DNA of 64,000 nucleotides, taken from NCBI GenBank assembly GCA_001822835.1, contig MHSS01000004.1, forward strand, positions 7,186 to 71,185, written 5' to 3'. Numbering within the stretch: the first letter of the stretch is position 1; each line of letters opens with the position of its first letter. The translations under genes and the position numbers were made by a program. The stretch is from Candidatus Terrybacteria bacterium RIFCSPHIGHO2_01_FULL_48_17 (GTDB lineage: Bacteria > Patescibacteriota > Minisyncoccia > Terrybacterales > 2-01-FULL-58-14). This document shows, in pieces, positions 55,472-63,847 of the stretch. The notes under the pieces are model-generated. The model was given only the letters and a program-made list of their open reading frames with translations, was not told where the DNA came from and did no database searches.

Positions 55472-56194
55472 TTATATTATGTTGGACCAGATTTGTTGAA
55501 TATCGTCATGATTGTCAAGCGCTTCAACCAGCTTCCCGAAAACATGTTCGTCGGCACCTGACAAGGTAATCGGCTGGGTTGGTTTCCAGCCAAGGGTTAT
55601 ATCTTCTACGGCGACTCCGCGATCTTCACACGCGCGACGTACGAGATCAAGCTTTTGCGGGTCTTGAACTACCACCTCAATCGTATCGTCTTTTTCAATG
55701 TCATCCGCCCCGGCATCCATCAAAACAAGTTCAAGCTCGTCGTTCTTCTTGTCCTGTTTTGTAGGGTCAATAGTTATAAATCCCACACGCCGAAACGCCC
55801 ACCCAACGCCTCCCTCTGCCGCTGTTTTGGCACCACTTATTTCCAAAAGATGCTTTATCTCGCTCACCGTGCGGTTTTTATTATCGGTTATGCCCTCAAT
55901 GAGCAGGAGCGATCCAGCGGGTCCCACGGCCTCGAGCAAAAACGGTTCAAGCGCTCCTCCCTCTAGGGTTCCGCTGCCGCGCGCTATTGCGCGTTCTATA
56001 TTCTCTTTTGGCATATTGAGCGTTCGTGCCCGATCAATCTCCATGCGTAGTTTTGCATTCGCATTTGGGTCATTTCCGCCTTCACGAGCCGCAATAGAAA
56101 TTGCGCGGGAAAGCTTACCAAACATTTTCCCGCGTTTTTTATCGGCAGTTTCTTTTTGATTTTTGATATTTGACCATTTGGAGTGGCCGGACAT
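55472..56194 (-). CDS. yebC: YebC/PmpR family protein
   Basis: MSGHSKWSNIK, NMPKENIERAI, TDNKNRT. Confidence 0.97.
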   Translation of the reverse strand: MSGHSKWSNIKNQKETADKKRGKMFGKLSRAISIAAREGGNDPNANAKLRMEIDRARTLNMPKENIERAIARGSGTLEGGALEPFLLEAVGPAGSLLLIEGITDNKNRTVSEIKHLLEISGAKTAAEGGVGWAFRRVGFITIDPTKQDKKNDELELVLMDAGADDIEKDDTIEVVVQDPQKLDLVRRACEDRGVAVEDITLGWKPTQPITLSGADEHVFGKLVEALDNHDDIQQIWSNII

Positions 56195-56246
56195 AGGACA
56201 GGGATTGGGGGGTTAGGGAATAGGGAACAGAAATCGGGGAATGGGA

Positions 56247-57602
56247 TTATAATTTAATGCGATAGAAAACGACGCCGGCGCCAGCAAGGAGCGCAAGGGC
56301 TACAGCTCCAATAAGGGGAAGGTTTGCGCCGAGAGGCGAGGATGGGTTTGAAGCAGCGGCTTGAAGCGCTAATGCCTCGCTTTCATTATCATCTGTAGTT
56401 GAGGGTTTAGCATCGGAAGGCAAAGAAGGAGCCGTGGTTTGTGAAGTTTTTGGCGATGCGCTTTTTGAAATTGTGCCTGTGTTTTGCGCGGGAATTGTAG
56501 GAGCTTGAGCCGGTGGGGTCTGTGCAGACGCCGTTTCTCCGCCCGACGCTGTTTGCTGATTGCCAGTTGCCTTTTTCTGATTGGCCGCATTTGGTGTGGG
56601 CTTGCTCGTCCATTCCCAGGTGTCGCCGAAACGCGCAAGCGCCAACCCTTCAGCGCTCTCATTATAGCGTATTGCGTCGTGTTGTTGGCCAGACGGATCA
56701 ATGAGCCGTACCGTGTCGCCGTCTGTGTTATTGAGCGTCAGTTTTGTTTGCGAGTAATAAAAAGCGCGGTATTCTCCCGAAACGAGAGAGGTTCCTTCGG
56801 GAATAGTCCAAGGGCCGGTTGTGTTGCCGTCTTGATCATCAAGTCGCCATCCCGATACGTCAACTTGGGCTGTGCCAGTGTTTACGATTTCAATAAACTC
56901 GTTTTCGACATCCCGGCCATCAGGATCCGGGAGGAGTTCGGAGAGAAAAACCTGCGTGGTGTCATAATCTGGAGGCGGTTCCGGATCTGTTGTGGGTGCC
57001 GGATCCGGCGATGACGGATCCGGTATCGGTGGTTCTTGCTCCTGGGGCGGGGGAGGAGTTTGTTCTTGCGGCGGCTCTTCCTGTTGAACGGAGGAATTTG
57101 GCGCTTTTGGCGTTCCTCCGGCGCTCATGCTTGTTTGCCAGTTGTCTGAAGCGGTGCGCTCCATGGTTTGTTTGGTTGTATTGTCGCCCGCAGGCCATCC
57201 AGAAAAAGCGTCAATCGTTTGTACGGTATTGTTATCAGCGTCTTTCAGTAAAAGCACTTCTCCGCTATTTGAAAGCGCGCCGGTATAGATTTGGTCGGCG
57301 GTAATCGTGGGAATGGTTTCGTCATCCGTACGTTCGAGCAAAAAATACCCCCTGGCCGAAATAGTTCCGGAAAGCAATATAGTTGGTGTCCCGTCAGCGG
57401 CCTCAATAGTCCAGCCGGAAAGATCCACTGATTCACTTCCAAAATTTGCAAGCTCAATCCATTCATCCGCCGTACTCGTTGTTGTCCCCATCCATGCAAT
57501 TTCGTTTATCACCACGTTGGAATTTGCAACAGCCGAAACCGGCACCATCATTCCTGTTGCCATCCCCATTGCTGCTATTGTTATGACGGCCGATTTTTTC
57601 AT
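56247..57602 (-). CDS. surface protein with two lamin-tail domains and a C-terminal TM
   Basis: VVINEIAW..DEWIEL.N..VDLSGW and LSELLPDP..EFIEI.N..VDVSGW; Pro-rich linkers. Confidence 0.88.
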   Translation of the reverse strand: MKKSAVITIAAMGMATGMMVPVSAVANSNVVINEIAWMGTTTSTADEWIELANFGSESVDLSGWTIEAADGTPTILLSGTISARGYFLLERTDDETIPTITADQIYTGALSNSGEVLLLKDADNNTVQTIDAFSGWPAGDNTTKQTMERTASDNWQTSMSAGGTPKAPNSSVQQEEPPQEQTPPPPQEQEPPIPDPSSPDPAPTTDPEPPPDYDTTQVFLSELLPDPDGRDVENEFIEIVNTGTAQVDVSGWRLDDQDGNTTGPWTIPEGTSLVSGEYRAFYYSQTKLTLNNTDGDTVRLIDPSGQQHDAIRYNESAEGLALARFGDTWEWTSKPTPNAANQKKATGNQQTASGGETASAQTPPAQAPTIPAQNTGTISKSASPKTSQTTAPSLPSDAKPSTTDDNESEALALQAAASNPSSPLGANLPLIGAVALALLAGAGVVFYRIKL

Positions 57603-57782
57603 ACGTAGCTTCTTTAACGGATGTTTCCGTGTTAGTCAAGTTGTTAATAGTAGTAGCGGTGTTTTCTTATCTGAAATATAATTCCGCCCTCCCGGGCGGC
57701 TTCGTTTTTTTATCTTTGTTTTCCTCACGCGAGCACGAGCGGCGGGGCTGCGAGCGCTCTTTATTATTTTATCACCCTGGAA

Positions 57783-57950
57783 GCAGATGGGGTGCGTTAA
57801 GAAAAGTGTCGCGCAGCTCGAGCGGGCATGGATGGGCGCGTTCGTGGTTCGTAAGCTGAAAGCTTCGCGCCCAGAGCGAGCGCGAGCGCCAAGCCGCAGA
57901 CGCCTCGCTGGGGCGGCTGACGGCGTCTTTTCGAAACGCGCCCCATCTGC
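57783..57950. mobile_element. MITE/REPIN-like element with terminal inverted repeats
   Basis: GCAGATGGGGTGCGTT ... AACGCGCCCCATCTGC (15/16), pairing extends inward through GAAAAG/CTTTTC; GC-rich interior. Confidence 0.5.
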
Positions 57951-57960
57951 CCCACCTCTC

Positions 57961-58485
57961 TCATGGCCAGGGACGGTTCCCTTTTAACGCGATCCGCTGC
58001 GCGCGCGCGATAATCTCTTTTACTACTTCCGGCCGGTCTACCTGCTCAAACGTAAACACGTTTAACTCGCCTGCAGTTTGCGCGCGAATAGTTCCAAAAT
58101 GAAGTAGGGTTTCCACAAGACCTCGTTGTTCTATCGTAACATCCTGCAGTCGTGAGAGATTTAACTCCGCAACCGTGCGGTTAAACATGCCCTTTTGTTC
58201 AATATGTACAATCCGTTCGTTGGTAATAATAAAGACGTCGTAATAATAGTTAATCATGCCGGCAAAGAGCCATAGCCATACCGTCCATTCAAAAAACCCG
58301 GAAAGAAACACATACGGCGTGATAAGCGCGCCACGAAGGATTTCAAGTTTGGGAGCCGCAAGAATTGCTGCGCCAAAAAGCGGCCCAAGCAGCAAAAGAA
58401 GCGCGGCTGCCCAAGTTGCGGCAAATACAAACCACGTTTTTCTTCGAACGGCTAAAATATCTTCATTCTTGTGGAGTTCAATCAT
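57961..58485 (-). CDS. bacterial PH-domain membrane protein
   Basis: Two TMs, IITNERIV..EQ.G.F.R, LQDVT..Q.G, FGTI..QTAG. Confidence 0.85.
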   Translation of the reverse strand: MIELHKNEDILAVRRKTWFVFAATWAAALLLLLGPLFGAAILAAPKLEILRGALITPYVFLSGFFEWTVWLWLFAGMINYYYDVFIITNERIVHIEQKGMFNRTVAELNLSRLQDVTIEQRGLVETLLHFGTIRAQTAGELNVFTFEQVDRPEVVKEIIARAQRIALKGNRPWP

Positions 58486-58523
58486 TGGTTAGCAAATAGG
58501 GATTAGAGAATAGAGAATAGGGG

Positions 58524-58745
58524 CTATTGTTGGAGGAGTTCGGGCAGGGAGCTCCAGGGAGTGGCAAGAAATGATGCAAGAATCAGAATAGCCCAAACAA
58601 TGGTGCCGACAAGAAATAAAACAAGCAATTGCCTCGAACGGTCGCCCTGGACCGCATATTTTTTAATATGGTATACGATGGCTGCAGAAACTGCGCCAAA
58701 AAATAAAAGACCCAAAAGCAGAAAAGCGGCGGCGAGGAAAAACAT
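58524..58745 (-). CDS. small two-TM membrane protein
   Basis: SAAIVYH..KY motif between TMs; operonic position. Confidence 0.75.
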   Translation of the reverse strand: MFFLAAAFLLLGLLFFGAVSAAIVYHIKKYAVQGDRSRQLLVLFLVGTIVWAILILASFLATPWSSLPELLQQ

Positions 58746-58785
58746 ATTCTATAAGGGAATAGGGAGTAGGGAATAGGGAATAAAA

Positions 58786-59814
58786 CTAGAAGAGCTTCGT
58801 ATTTCTGTTGTCAGGGGGTTTGAGACCCAGGTGTTCCCAGGCCTCGGCCGCTGCTACGCGTCCTCTCGGGGTGCGCAGCACGTATCCGATTTGCATAAGA
58901 TATGGCTCGACAAAATCAAGGAGCGTATCCTCTTCTTCAGAAAGCGAGGCGGCGAGCGCCTGGATGCCGGCTGGCCCACCCTTAAATTTTTCTATAAGAA
59001 TACGCAGGTATTCCCGATCGAGCTTATCGAGCCCTTTTTCGTCTATTTCCAGCATCGAAAGCGTCCGTTCGGTAGTGACGTCGTCGATGTTTGGCGATTT
59101 CGTGCCACCTTCAACTTGCGCCACATCCCGTGCGCGTTTTAAAAGCCGGTTGGCAATGCGAGGCGTTTGGCGCGCGGCTTTTGCGATGCGTTTTTTCGCT
59201 TGCGCGTCCAAAGATACCCCAAGCAATCGGGCGGATCGCCCAAGGATTTCTTCAATTTCGTCATCCGTATAAAAATCTAAACGAAATGCCTGACCGAATC
59301 GTGATCGGAGGGGGGAAGACAAAAGCCCTACGCGCGTGGTCGCGGCGATTAATGTGAACGGCGGAAGATTCAATTGCAGTGTACGCGCAGCTGTGCCTTT
59401 GCCAAGAATAATATCTAGCGTCCGCGCTTCCATCGCGGGGTACAGCACCTCCTCCACCATGCGGGGAAGTCGGTGGGCCTCATCGATGAAAAGCACCTCG
59501 CCTGGTTCAAGATTTGTAAGTATGGACGCAAGATCACCAACGCGTTCGATGGCGGGGCCGGAAGTTACGCGCATGGTTGCTGTCATATGTTTTGCAATAA
59601 GATGTGCGAGCGTTGTTTTCCCAATACCCGCGGGACCGTGCAGTAATATATGGTCAAGCGTACCTTCTCGTAAGCGAGCGGCTTGTATGGCGATAAGCAA
59701 ATTTTCTTTTGCCTGTTTTTGGCCCACATATTCCTCGAATACTTCTGGGCGAAGCGTTAATTCAAGGGTCGGATCTTGCGCTAAAGGGGCGCGAGGGCGT
59801 TCGCTTTTTGGCAT
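58786..59814 (-). CDS. ruvB: Holliday junction helicase RuvB
   Basis: LRP..F.EYVGQ, GPAGIGKTT, FIDEAHR, PLRSRFG, RTPRGR; start at ATG 59814. Confidence 0.98.
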   Translation of the reverse strand: MPKSERPRAPLAQDPTLELTLRPEVFEEYVGQKQAKENLLIAIQAARLREGTLDHILLHGPAGIGKTTLAHLIAKHMTATMRVTSGPAIERVGDLASILTNLEPGEVLFIDEAHRLPRMVEEVLYPAMEARTLDIILGKGTAARTLQLNLPPFTLIAATTRVGLLSSPLRSRFGQAFRLDFYTDDEIEEILGRSARLLGVSLDAQAKKRIAKAARQTPRIANRLLKRARDVAQVEGGTKSPNIDDVTTERTLSMLEIDEKGLDKLDREYLRILIEKFKGGPAGIQALAASLSEEEDTLLDFVEPYLMQIGYVLRTPRGRVAAAEAWEHLGLKPPDNRNTKLF

Positions 59815-59823
59815 ATGGGATAG

Positions 59824-59852
59824 TTGACAAAAATATAGAAATCTGCTATAAT
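59824..59852 (+). promoter_or_regulatory. perfect sigma70 promoter driving a non-coding RNA
   Basis: TTGACA-17 nt-TATAAT with an extended -10 TG. Confidence 0.85.
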
Positions 59853-59859
59853 TCTTTAC

Positions 59860-60017
59860 AGAGGAGCGTTTGGCGAGTTGCCGGCCCCGGCTCCGGTCGG
59901 GGAGGGGATATCCTGGCGGATGGGCCATCAGGCCTTGGCTCGATGGTTCCTCGAGGATATCCTTCCTCGTGGTTCCCAAGCCAAGAGATTTTCCGGCAAC
60001 TCGCCGAGCGTTTCTTT
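59860..60017 (+). ncRNA. highly structured ncRNA (6S RNA candidate or new class)
   Basis: 25-bp terminal helix with G.U pairs, inner helices, C(UCCG)G tetraloop; terminator hairpin at ~60019-60052. Confidence 0.75.
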
Positions 60018-60045
60018 CGATTCGTCCCTCTTTGAGGGGCGATCT

Positions 60046-61746
60046 TTATTTTATTTTGAAAAGCTCCTCCATATCTTCAAGTGGTCCGGTGACGCGTTCA
60101 AGTTCTGCCGTATCGGTAGTGCCATCCAAGACGCGCAGCAGGCCATCCTGTTGCATGGTTACCATTCCACGTTCGGCTGCGGTCTTGCGAACCTCAAAAG
60201 TGGATGGCTTTTTAAGTGTAAGCGATTCCATTGCAGAGTCCATGGGGAATAATTCAAAGATGCCTACGCGGCCGCGATAACCGGTATTGTGGCATGCGGC
60301 ACATCCTTTTGCGTAAAAGAGCTCAAGCCCCTTTGAAAAGGTCGGCATAAGTGGCGCGGGAAGGCCCGCAAGAGCTTTTTTGATTCGACTCGTCATTTCC
60401 TCATTTAGGGTGGCGCTCGTTGCGCATTCTTTACAAAGACGGCGCAACAGCCGTTGTCCTATAATAAGCGAGAGTGCGGGCGCGATGGTTTCTGGTTTTG
60501 CGCCAAGCTCAATAAGTCGCGGTATGGCTCCTGGGGCATCGTTGGTATGGAGCGTTGAGAAAACGAGATGCCCGGTAAGTGCTGCTTGTAACGCGATGTT
60601 TGCGGTTTCTATATCACGCACCTCTCCTACCAAAACATAGTCCGGATCCTGCCGTACGATCGAGCGCAGCCCAACCGCAAATGTGTATTTAGCTTCTGTA
60701 TCCACTTGCGTCTGTTCAATTCCCCGAATGCGGTACTCGATAGGATCTTCGATCGTAATGATTTTTACTTTTGGCGTGGTGACGTGGCGTACCAAGGCAT
60801 ACAGCAGAGTAGTTTTTCCGGATCCGGTGGGACCGGTGGTAAGAATCATTCCATTTGGTTGTTTTAACCCTTCCCGAATTTTTTCCAAAAGATCTTGCCG
60901 CAGCCCAAGCTCCTCCAGGCTTAACAGGTTTCGCGGGTTTAGAATCCGAAGCGTTACAAACTCCCCGTATTTTCCCGGAAGGGAAGATGCGCGGATTTCA
61001 ATATCTTGTTGTTCTACATGGATGGTGAAGCGGCCATCTTGCGCGCGATCTCGTACATTAAGTTTTAATCCCGCAAGAAGTTTAAGGCGTTCCAGCACCA
61101 GGTTATACATTTCTTGTTCAAGCTCGGCGATGTCTTGCAAAATACCATCTATACGGAGACGAACAAGCGATTTTTTTTCTTGGGGTTCGATATGGATATC
61201 TGAGGCATCGGCAAAAAGCCCTCCTGCCAAAACAAGATTCACCGCAACTCCAAAATCTCGCGGTTCGATCTGTTGCAACAGTTTACGCAGCTCATCAAGC
61301 GCATTCAGTTGTTTTTTAAACGCTGCGATATCCGCGCTTGAGATGCTTACTTCTCCAGAAATGCGTTGGCCCCCACGAGCATATTTTTCATATTCTGAAA
61401 GAAGTTCCAAAAAACCACTTTGCGAGATAACGGAAAGTTTTGGTTTAAGGCCCTGTTGTTCAAGCTCCTCCAAAAACTCTTTTGTTTCTTTACGTTCGGG
61501 ATTGGGGGTTATGATACCAATGCCATGGTCTTCTTGGCTATACGGGAAAGCCAGGGCTTGCGTAAGCTTCTCTTTTGGATAACGGGACAACACCATGCTG
61601 TCGATAGAGACGCTTTCGTGTTGTGTAAAGGGAAGCTTGAGGCGTTGGGCAAGCTCTCGACCCCGTTCTTCCTCTTCGCGCCTGTGTAAAGCCGAGATTT
61701 TTTTTGCAACTGCATTTCGATCGTTCGTGCCGAATGTGTCTGGCAT
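60046..61746 (-). CDS. pilB: PilB/GspE-family pilus assembly ATPase
   Basis: ASDIHIEP, QDGRF, TGPTGSGKTT, IEDPIEY, RQDPD, LTGHLVFSTLHTN, CxxC...CxxC. Confidence 0.93.
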   Translation of the reverse strand: MPDTFGTNDRNAVAKKISALHRREEEERGRELAQRLKLPFTQHESVSIDSMVLSRYPKEKLTQALAFPYSQEDHGIGIITPNPERKETKEFLEELEQQGLKPKLSVISQSGFLELLSEYEKYARGGQRISGEVSISSADIAAFKKQLNALDELRKLLQQIEPRDFGVAVNLVLAGGLFADASDIHIEPQEKKSLVRLRIDGILQDIAELEQEMYNLVLERLKLLAGLKLNVRDRAQDGRFTIHVEQQDIEIRASSLPGKYGEFVTLRILNPRNLLSLEELGLRQDLLEKIREGLKQPNGMILTTGPTGSGKTTLLYALVRHVTTPKVKIITIEDPIEYRIRGIEQTQVDTEAKYTFAVGLRSIVRQDPDYVLVGEVRDIETANIALQAALTGHLVFSTLHTNDAPGAIPRLIELGAKPETIAPALSLIIGQRLLRRLCKECATSATLNEEMTSRIKKALAGLPAPLMPTFSKGLELFYAKGCAACHNTGYRGRVGIFELFPMDSAMESLTLKKPSTFEVRKTAAERGMVTMQQDGLLRVLDGTTDTAELERVTGPLEDMEELFKIK

Positions 61747-61936
61747 TAGTTCTATTGTACCATATTAGACGCGGACGTACGCTGACTAAACGCTGACTTA
61801 CGCGGAATCTCACACCCACACATGATAGTAGTTTACCGTAGCGCAGGATGTGGTGAGCGTCAATCGTTTCTTGACGAATTAACCGGTTTTTGTTATCCTC
61901 ATCGTGGCAGTTTGACAATAGGAAAAGGAAAAAAAG

Positions 61937-62290
61937 ATGACGCTTTTTGAGTTGATCGAAAAGAAGTTGAGGTTTGCTTCTGTTAATACCGAGTCATGGG
62001 CGGATGTAGAAAGAGTTATCATCTGGTCTGTGCCGCATAAGCCCCGATTGGATTTTTATCACCATATGGCTCCGCGTGCCGTTACGCCCGGAGAAGCAAA
62101 GCACTTATTTAAAAACGTAACCATTAATGGGGCCTCCTCGGGAGATGACACCCTCCCTGATTTTACGGTTATCACGAAACGATTCGTGGTCTTTGTTGAT
62201 CATCGTCAGCATTCTGCGCCGAGCACATATATCGGTCCGCGCCGTACGCATGACGTACTCACAGCAGCTCCGCGTCAGCCAATACTATAA
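61937..62290 (+). CDS. hypothetical protein (standalone cassette)
   Basis: TTGACG-17-TATCCT, SD AAGGA, terminator at 62292-62317. Confidence 0.7.
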   Translation: MTLFELIEKKLRFASVNTESWADVERVIIWSVPHKPRLDFYHHMAPRAVTPGEAKHLFKNVTINGASSGDDTLPDFTVITKRFVVFVDHRQHSAPSTYIGPRRTHDVLTAAPRQPIL

Positions 62291-62340
62291 TCCGCCCCCA
62301 AAAGGCGGCATTTTTTTGGATCTAAGATACAATAGAGGCA

Positions 62341-62835
62341 ATGGTGACGAAAAACGATAACGAATTGGTTGCGCTTGGAAAAAAGACAGGAGAAGCCCTG
62401 CGCCAACAAAAAAACGGTCCCCTGGTTCTTGCTTTGGTAGGGGAGCTGGGTTCCGGCAAAACCACATTTGTGCGCGGGCTTGCGAAGGGCCTTGGTATTC
62501 GTGCGCGCATTACCTCGCCAACGTTTGTGCTGGCGAAACGGTATCGTGTGCCCGCGATAAGAAACAAGAAACAAGAAACAAGAAACAAACAAGATACAAG
62601 ATACAAAAAACAAGAAACAAACCGGCAATACTTTTGGCACATGGACGCGTATCGGCTAAAAGATGGGCGTGACCTTGCGGGCATTGATTTTGAGGAAATA
62701 GTAAGCGACTCCGCAAATATTGTTGCCATTGAATGGGCAAACAAAATAAAACGCGCGATTCCGAAAGGCGCGCGCTGGATTCGTTTTTTCCATTTACCCG
62801 GCAATCGCCGCAAAATAATTTTTTCGATGGAATAA
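62341..62835 (+). CDS. tsaE: t6A biosynthesis ATPase TsaE
   Basis: GELGSGKTTF, TSPTF, HMDAYRL, AIEW; carries a ~21-aa repeat-derived insertion. Confidence 0.95.
   Translation: MVTKNDNELVALGKKTGEALRQQKNGPLVLALVGELGSGKTTFVRGLAKGLGIRARITSPTFVLAKRYRVPAIRNKKQETRNKQDTRYKKQETNRQYFWHMDAYRLKDGRDLAGIDFEEIVSDSANIVAIEWANKIKRAIPKGARWIRFFHLPGNRRKIIFSME
62557..62620 (+). repeat. (ACAAGAA)-type heptamer array inside tsaE
   Basis: About nine units encoding IRNKKQETRNKQDTRYKKQETN. Confidence 0.92.
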
Positions 62836-62968
62836 AAAAGAGGGAATATGAAATAAGGAGTAAGGATTCCGCGGCTGTCAGCGGAGAATTCACGAAACTT
62901 GCTTTTTCGGAGATGGGGTGATAAGCTCTGAATGAAGGAAATTGAAAAAAGAAGAGAGAGGAAGAAAT

Positions 62969-63556
62969 ATGGCCCATTCTGTTTCTGCAGCACTTTGCTT
63001 TCCAGAATACGTAGCCTTATTTCAGGATGCTTTGCAGGCTGGCGAGAAAGATCGGGTTGCGACCGTAATAACCATTTACGCGCGTCATATTGCCGATGCG
63101 GTGCGCAATGACCGCGCAGAAAACCCCGTGAAGGCGTGGGAAGAACTCATGCAATTAAGCAAGGATTTGTTTGAAATGCACACGATTGCCAATCGGCTCA
63201 TTCTGTCCCGCAAGAACGTGCCCGATAGCGCGTTGGTCCATGAAGCAAGCGGTAGCATGCGAGCATTGCGCATGCTTTGTGGAGAATATATGCTGACCGT
63301 GATTCCTTCCGCCGTTCTTGATGAAGCAAGAAAGTACCGTACGATCCTCCTTGGTCTTCAAGGCGTCAATGATAAATGGTTAGATGAACTGCCGTCATTG
63401 TCCGGGTTTTCATCTGCGGAAACAAAATCCGCAGTTCATGCATTGAACCGTTACGGGTTTATTCAGATGACTAATTTTGGGAAAAAGCGCGGCAAGAGCC
63501 GTTTCGCAGTATCGCTTCTTCCCTTAGGGGAGGATGCCATAAAGTACACGCAATAG
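62969..63556 (+). CDS. hypothetical protein, possible C-terminal winged helix (standalone cassette)
   Basis: TTGCTT-17-TAAGCT, SD GAGG, terminator at 63568-63589; LSGFS..ET..AV..L...GFI...SL.PLG pattern. Confidence 0.7.
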   Translation: MAHSVSAALCFPEYVALFQDALQAGEKDRVATVITIYARHIADAVRNDRAENPVKAWEELMQLSKDLFEMHTIANRLILSRKNVPDSALVHEASGSMRALRMLCGEYMLTVIPSAVLDEARKYRTILLGLQGVNDKWLDELPSLSGFSSAETKSAVHALNRYGFIQMTNFGKKRGKSRFAVSLLPLGEDAIKYTQ

Positions 63557-63847
63557 TTTCCGTAATCAAACCGCCCTCGTGGGCGGTTTCCTTTTTCTTT
63601 CCCTCTTCCTCCATTTTTGCTCAAAGCGAAGAACGCAAGAATATGTCATGATGAAAAATAAGCAGCACGAGGGATGCGACGAGAAAAGTTCAATCTCTTT
63701 TCTTTTTCCTTTCCTCTCTCTGTCAGCAAGATATGTCATAATAAGAAGCGAGCAGCAGGAAAGAGCGCGAGGGGCGGGACGCCGAGCGGCCTTAAGGAAC
63801 GGAAGGATCCCTTGCAGACGCGAGGCGGCCTGCCCGAGCGCTTTGCT

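Noticed and set aside
54957-59814. Loss of ruvA
   Set aside because: It is absent only from this window and may lie elsewhere in the genome.
59815-59979. 55-aa N-terminal extension of RuvB and the + strand ORFs at 59870/59878
   Set aside because: These read through the structured RNA; RuvB similarity begins after ATG 59814.
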